Source: Euryarchaeota archaeon UBA86 (GTDB lineage: Archaea; Thermoplasmatota; Poseidoniia; Poseidoniales; Thalassarchaeaceae). Taken from it: a stretch of DNA of 64,000 nucleotides. Below are positions 59,886 to 64,000 of the stretch, piece by piece. The stretch is taken from NCBI GenBank assembly GCA_002503055.1, contig DAQX01000008.1, forward strand, positions 81,439 to 145,438, read 5' to 3'. A program made the position numbers and the translations under genes. Position 1 is the stretch's first letter; the number at the start of each line of letters is the position of its first letter. Below the pieces are notes generated by a model. That model was not told the DNA's origin and did no database searches. It saw only the letters and a program-made list of their open reading frames with translations.

Positions 59886-60592
59886 TCTCCCAACCTCCCT
59901 TCTTCACCCCAAGCTGAACGGATGTCAGATGCTGCAGTGACTCCGTCTCGTAGCAGTAGCATTCTGTCTGCCATCGATGCTAGTGTTGGATCGTGGGTTA
60001 CCATTAGAACAGAAATTTGTTCTTCTTCACAGAGGCGTCGGAACAAATCTATGATTTCGAGACCGCTCTTTACATCCAGATTTCCAGTCGGTTCATCGGC
60101 TAGAATTAGAGGGCGTGAACCAGCGATTGCTCTAGCGATTGCGACTCTCTGCTGCTGACCTCCAGACAATTGATCGGGGATGAAGTTCAAGCGATCTGAT
60201 AAATCCACTTTGTCCAAGGCTTCTCTGGCCTGTTCTTCTGCCTCGGCGGATGGCACTCCGGCTAACTCCAAGGAGAAAATCACATTATCTAGAGCACTGA
60301 GTCTGTCAATCAAATGGAAATCTTGGAAAATCCAGCCAACTCCTCTTCTTCGGACTTCTACTACCCGATTCGGACTCTTTGTCCCGTAATTGAAACTCTC
60401 AAGCGATATTGAGCCGGAGTCGGCATCAAGAAGGCCACCGATGATATTGAGAAGGGTCGACTTACCGCATCCGGATGGCCCCATTAGAGCAACTAACTCT
60501 CCTGGCTTGATTTCCAAATCTATTCCTTTCAGAACCTCTAGCCTGTTCCTACCGGAACCAAATCCTTTGCACAAGTCGGAGACTTGGAGCAC
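59882..60592 (-). CDS. ABC ATP-binding protein (LolD-like)
   Basis: GPSGCGKS, LSGGQQQR, ADEPTGNLD and VTHD motifs. Confidence 0.93.
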   Translation of the reverse strand: MLQVSDLCKGFGSGRNRLEVLKGIDLEIKPGELVALMGPSGCGKSTLLNIIGGLLDADSGSISLESFNYGTKSPNRVVEVRRRGVGWIFQDFHLIDRLSALDNVIFSLELAGVPSAEAEEQAREALDKVDLSDRLNFIPDQLSGGQQQRVAIARAIAGSRPLILADEPTGNLDVKSGLEIIDLFRRLCEEEQISVLMVTHDPTLASMADRMLLLRDGVTAASDIRSAWGEEGRLGE

Positions 60593-60647
60593 GGACAAAG
60601 GGTGAACAAGTAACCTATAAACTACTGTTTGAGGAAAAATGGTTCGA

Positions 60648-61727
60648 TCAGTCTAAAATCGCTGCATAGGCCGCCGATAGAGCCTCTCCCTGAGTCTCCG
60701 GGCTGAGATTCTCTTTGACATATAGAATCAACGAGTCTTCCGGGATGCGTGGAACCTCTCCTGCCCTCTTCCATGCAGCATGAATTTTCGAAATCGCATT
60801 TGCCCATGCGGAGACATCATCTGCAGGCAATAGGCAATCCTCTGGAATTATCTCGTTGTGAGCAGGCAAATCGGCCGCTAGAACGGGACATCCTGCCGCC
60901 ATGGCCTCCACGGGCGGATATCCAAATCCTTCTGAGATGCTAGGGAATAGCAATGCTTCTGCGTGTTGTAAGGCTGCTACCAATTGTTCATCATCCAACT
61001 TTAGTTCGCTACCGATGTGTAGCATGTGAATATCTTCCGCAATTTCTTCCGGGAGGTTATCTAGAACTTCGCCGACGAAACCAAGTCTCTTCCTCGGCTC
61101 ATCGCTCCCTACTGTAACCAACATGCACTTACTTTCATCGTCGTAATCCGAGATTAGCTCTCGTGGGCGTGAGTTTTCTTCAGGGTCCCAATACTCAACA
61201 TCGACTTGATGTCGAACCAATGCGGTTGGCTTGCCCGGAAACAGTGATTCAACATCTCTACGGGTCATCTCTGAAATGCAGATGAGTAAATCAGCTCTAT
61301 CCAATCCCTGCCGTAATCTCTTGAGATCTCTTCGTCGAATCAATCCCGGGTTGTGCTCACCCACCTCGACAATGTCTTCACCTGCCTTAATTGAGCGTGG
61401 TTTTAGATGAAATAAATCATGCACAGTTACTACAACCGGAACCTTACACTGATGAGGAACAAGATGTGCCTGTTCTTGATCGGTGATGTGGAGAAGATCA
61501 GCATCGGACTGCTCGATTGCGCGGGCGACTAATCTGGGGTGACTGCTCCATCTCGAGTATAGACGACTCAGTGGAGATGTTCTGATTGTATGCTCTATTG
61601 TCCCTGTTCTAATCCATCCAGGGACTAGTGCTCTTTCGAGTATTGTCTCGACAGCAAAGTGTGCTCTACCCAACCCTGTGTTCTCGGGTAGGGCGCCTCC
61701 TCTGGCAAGCATAACCCGCCTGACCAT
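60648..61727 (-). CDS. glycosyltransferase family 4
   Basis: TVHDL, RKR and FPS.SEGFGYPPVEAMAAG.PV motifs. Confidence 0.88.
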   Translation of the reverse strand: MVRRVMLARGGALPENTGLGRAHFAVETILERALVPGWIRTGTIEHTIRTSPLSRLYSRWSSHPRLVARAIEQSDADLLHITDQEQAHLVPHQCKVPVVVTVHDLFHLKPRSIKAGEDIVEVGEHNPGLIRRRDLKRLRQGLDRADLLICISEMTRRDVESLFPGKPTALVRHQVDVEYWDPEENSRPRELISDYDDESKCMLVTVGSDEPRKRLGFVGEVLDNLPEEIAEDIHMLHIGSELKLDDEQLVAALQHAEALLFPSISEGFGYPPVEAMAAGCPVLAADLPAHNEIIPEDCLLPADDVSAWANAISKIHAAWKRAGEVPRIPEDSLILYVKENLSPETQGEALSAAYAAILD

Positions 61728-61749
61728 GTGGCCACCAAGGCGTATCGGA

Positions 61750-61756
61750 CTTAAAC
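61750..61756. promoter_or_regulatory. putative shared (bidirectional) TATA-like box CTTAAAC
   Basis: Only AT-rich element in a 50-bp divergent gap; 27 nt from the + ATG (61778) and 28 nt from the - ATG (61727). Confidence 0.55.
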
Positions 61757-61777
61757 GAGGGCGGGAGATGGGTCAAC

Positions 61778-63016
61778 ATGGAGGGAAATCGCGAGCAGGC
61801 TGGTCAAGGCCGCAGATTGCTCGTCGCCAAGGGTAGTTTCGAGGCGTTAGGAGGAGCTGAGAGAGATTTAATCCGTAATCTACCGGCCCTCTCTGAGGCT
61901 TTCGAAGTCACAGTTGCTACACTCGCTCCAGTACCTGAATTGGAGGGTGTGTGCTCTGAATTAGGCGTGGCTCTATTGTATCCTGAGAAAACTTGGGAGA
62001 TGCCAGTTGACTCGATTTCTAGGATACTAGACAGTGGGGCCAGTAGCGCAACAAAGGCATGGAAGTCATGTTCGAGTCTCGAGGATACGATAGGTGACTG
62101 CGAAGCTGTCCATCTAGTCAGTGGAGATGGCAGTCTGGAATTACTGGATATGATTCCTCAAGAGACTGTTGTACACTTCCATCTACTAGAGCCGCACCGA
62201 GGCTTGCATGAGGATGTCCTCCACATGGAAATCGATGGAAGTCCAAAACGCAGCCTCAGACTAACACATGGACTACTAACCAAGGCTAGGAATGCAGACT
62301 TGAGAGCAGTCAGAAAACTGGCTGAAAGGCCGAGGTCTGCCATCAGCGGTAACTCGAATTTTACTGCATCTAGGATAGTGGACATATACGGTGTAGATGC
62401 TGGTGTTCTACATCCTAGTGTAGTAACTGATGAGTTTCCTGAACTAGCAAGTGCGAATGAGACAATGCCTAACTCCTTCTCTGGAGATTATGTGGTAAGC
62501 GTCGGTAGAGCCAGTTGGGTTAAGGGAACTTGGGAGACTATCTCTATGCTTGGAGGTACTAATCTGATTCTTGCACATGTCGGAGGCGGAGACAAGGATG
62601 ATCTGAACAGATTGTCCTCGCATGCACGCAACTGCGGCGTTGAACTCTGGATTGCTCCGAGGCTGAGTTCCAACGAGATGGCTGCTTTGATGCGTGGAGC
62701 CAGGGCTGTGGTCAGCATGGCCCATGGAGAGCCATTCGGATTAACACCCATCGAGGCATTCTCAGTTGGGACTCCTGCATTGTTCGTGGACGAGGGAGGA
62801 TTCAGAGATTCGATAGTAGACGGTAAAAACGGACGATTGCTCGCTCGTGATGATATCGAAGGATGGCATTCTAATTTGGAGATGGTGAAGGATTCGACTG
62901 TTCGGGAACAGTGGTCTAAGGCCGGGAAGGAATGGATTTCGGAGCTGGGACTTAGTCCTGAAAACCACTGCAGTAGACTGTTGAGAATCTTAGATTCAAT
63001 TCATAATGATGAATGA
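61778..63016 (+). CDS. glycosyltransferase family 4
   Basis: GGAER, VGR....KG and EPFGLTPIEA...GTP motifs. Confidence 0.88.
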   Translation: MEGNREQAGQGRRLLVAKGSFEALGGAERDLIRNLPALSEAFEVTVATLAPVPELEGVCSELGVALLYPEKTWEMPVDSISRILDSGASSATKAWKSCSSLEDTIGDCEAVHLVSGDGSLELLDMIPQETVVHFHLLEPHRGLHEDVLHMEIDGSPKRSLRLTHGLLTKARNADLRAVRKLAERPRSAISGNSNFTASRIVDIYGVDAGVLHPSVVTDEFPELASANETMPNSFSGDYVVSVGRASWVKGTWETISMLGGTNLILAHVGGGDKDDLNRLSSHARNCGVELWIAPRLSSNEMAALMRGARAVVSMAHGEPFGLTPIEAFSVGTPALFVDEGGFRDSIVDGKNGRLLARDDIEGWHSNLEMVKDSTVREQWSKAGKEWISELGLSPENHCSRLLRILDSIHNDE

Positions 63017-63061
63017 ACATGTTCGGAATCTATTGAAATAACAAGTATCTGAGCGCATCTC

Positions 63062-63871
63062 ATGGACGATATGCCCAGTTCAACAACAGAAACTACCTCT
63101 AAGGCTGCCTTGACGGTGGGATTACTGCTCTTCGCTTCAGTAATTCTCGGAGCCGGGGCCCTAGGTGATGACGGTGGTCCGAACTCCACTGACAGAGATG
63201 ATCGTGAACCTACTGATGATACTCGCGAAGATGAACGTGCTAACGATAACATGGATCTAGAAATCGATAGATTAGGTACTGCATGCGAATCCGGAGAAGA
63301 AGAGGCTTGTAATCGGCTTGAGATGATGCGAACAGATGGAGGCGACCGAGGAGAAGATAGGGGTGAGATGGAAGTCCGTGATTTGGGCCGTGAGCGAGGT
63401 CCAGAAGGAATGGATCGTGACCATAGAAACAGTATGGGAGTAGATCCAGAGATTCTAGTTGAGATGGCAGAAATATGGTGTCACAACCATGTATATTCGA
63501 CATTCTGGGAGAATGCAGGAGATGTTCACGAGGGTGAAGAAGGATTTGAAATTGTCACCTATGATGAGAATGACAACATGGAAACGACATTCATCAGCCA
63601 CGATGCAATGTCTCAGTTACTGATGGGTCTTGAGCCTCTAGTGGAGTCCTGTACTGACATGATGTTGAGGCAAATGGGGGTGCCCATTCATCACGACGAG
63701 CATGAGGATGATTGGGACGAATACGAGTGGTGTGAAGAACACCCCGAATCTGATGACTGCGAATGGATAGAAGATGAGTGGGATGAAGATGATGAGTCGG
63801 ACGAAGAGGACGAAGATACCCCTTGTAACACACCTGATTGTGACGACGAGTCAGACGAGAATCAAGATTGA
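63062..63871 (+). CDS. hypothetical acidic protein with N-terminal TM/signal
   Basis: Hydrophobic N-terminal helix; D/E-rich, with His cluster and Cys pairs. Confidence 0.65.
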   Translation: MDDMPSSTTETTSKAALTVGLLLFASVILGAGALGDDGGPNSTDRDDREPTDDTREDERANDNMDLEIDRLGTACESGEEEACNRLEMMRTDGGDRGEDRGEMEVRDLGRERGPEGMDRDHRNSMGVDPEILVEMAEIWCHNHVYSTFWENAGDVHEGEEGFEIVTYDENDNMETTFISHDAMSQLLMGLEPLVESCTDMMLRQMGVPIHHDEHEDDWDEYEWCEEHPESDDCEWIEDEWDEDDESDEEDEDTPCNTPDCDDESDENQD

Positions 63872-63999
63872 TCTGTCTCTATTCTCTCAGGCTGGGGCCC
63901 GAGTCTCAACACTGCGAATAGGGATCCTATTCCAATCAGCATAAGCACAATGGAAACAATCGGATTCAGCACTGTGGCTGTATCCGAAGGTAGCCAAAT
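63862..63999 (-). CDS. C-terminal fragment of a membrane protein (runs off the window)
   Basis: Manual translation IWLPSDTATVLNPIVSIVLMLIGIGSLFAVLRLGPQPERIETDQS*. Confidence 0.55.
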   Translation of the reverse strand: MWLPSDTATVLNPIVSIVLMLIGIGSLFAVLRLGPQPERIETDQS

Positions 64000-64000
64000 T

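Overview
A gene-dense 64 kb chromosomal segment, about 50% GC by eye, from an archaeon. The evidence is RadA, RpoK/Rpo6, Hel308-Cgi121, aRqcH/NFACT, Taw1/Taw2 and an A1-U72 initiator tRNA. Alongside this archaeal core are heme A/O synthesis genes, large acidic membrane-anchored proteases and surface proteins, and several bacterial-type genes (uvrC, orn, tryptophan 2,3-dioxygenase, AlkB-like, guaB). That mix best fits Marine Group II (Ca. Poseidoniales); this is an inference. I annotate about 50 CDS and 2 tRNAs. I found no rRNA, CRISPR array, integrase or transposase. The best leads for undescribed biology are: (1) a wHTH-STAND-NTPase-helical-repeat protein head-to-head with uvrC and tail-to-tail with two stand-alone Lrp/RAM domains; (2) a membrane protein fusing a retropepsin protease, a Cys/Tyr/Asp-rich external domain and an RS/RGG tail; (3) a guaB-msrA-alkB-like operon; (4) a recurrent non-canonical TATA-like box (TTSAAR) 27-30 nt before leaderless starts, including one apparently bidirectional box; (5) an ABC system with two ATPases, one carrying a Zn-ribbon tail. 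All product calls come from motif recognition by eye, with no database search. Several starts were moved downstream of the ORF-track starts.
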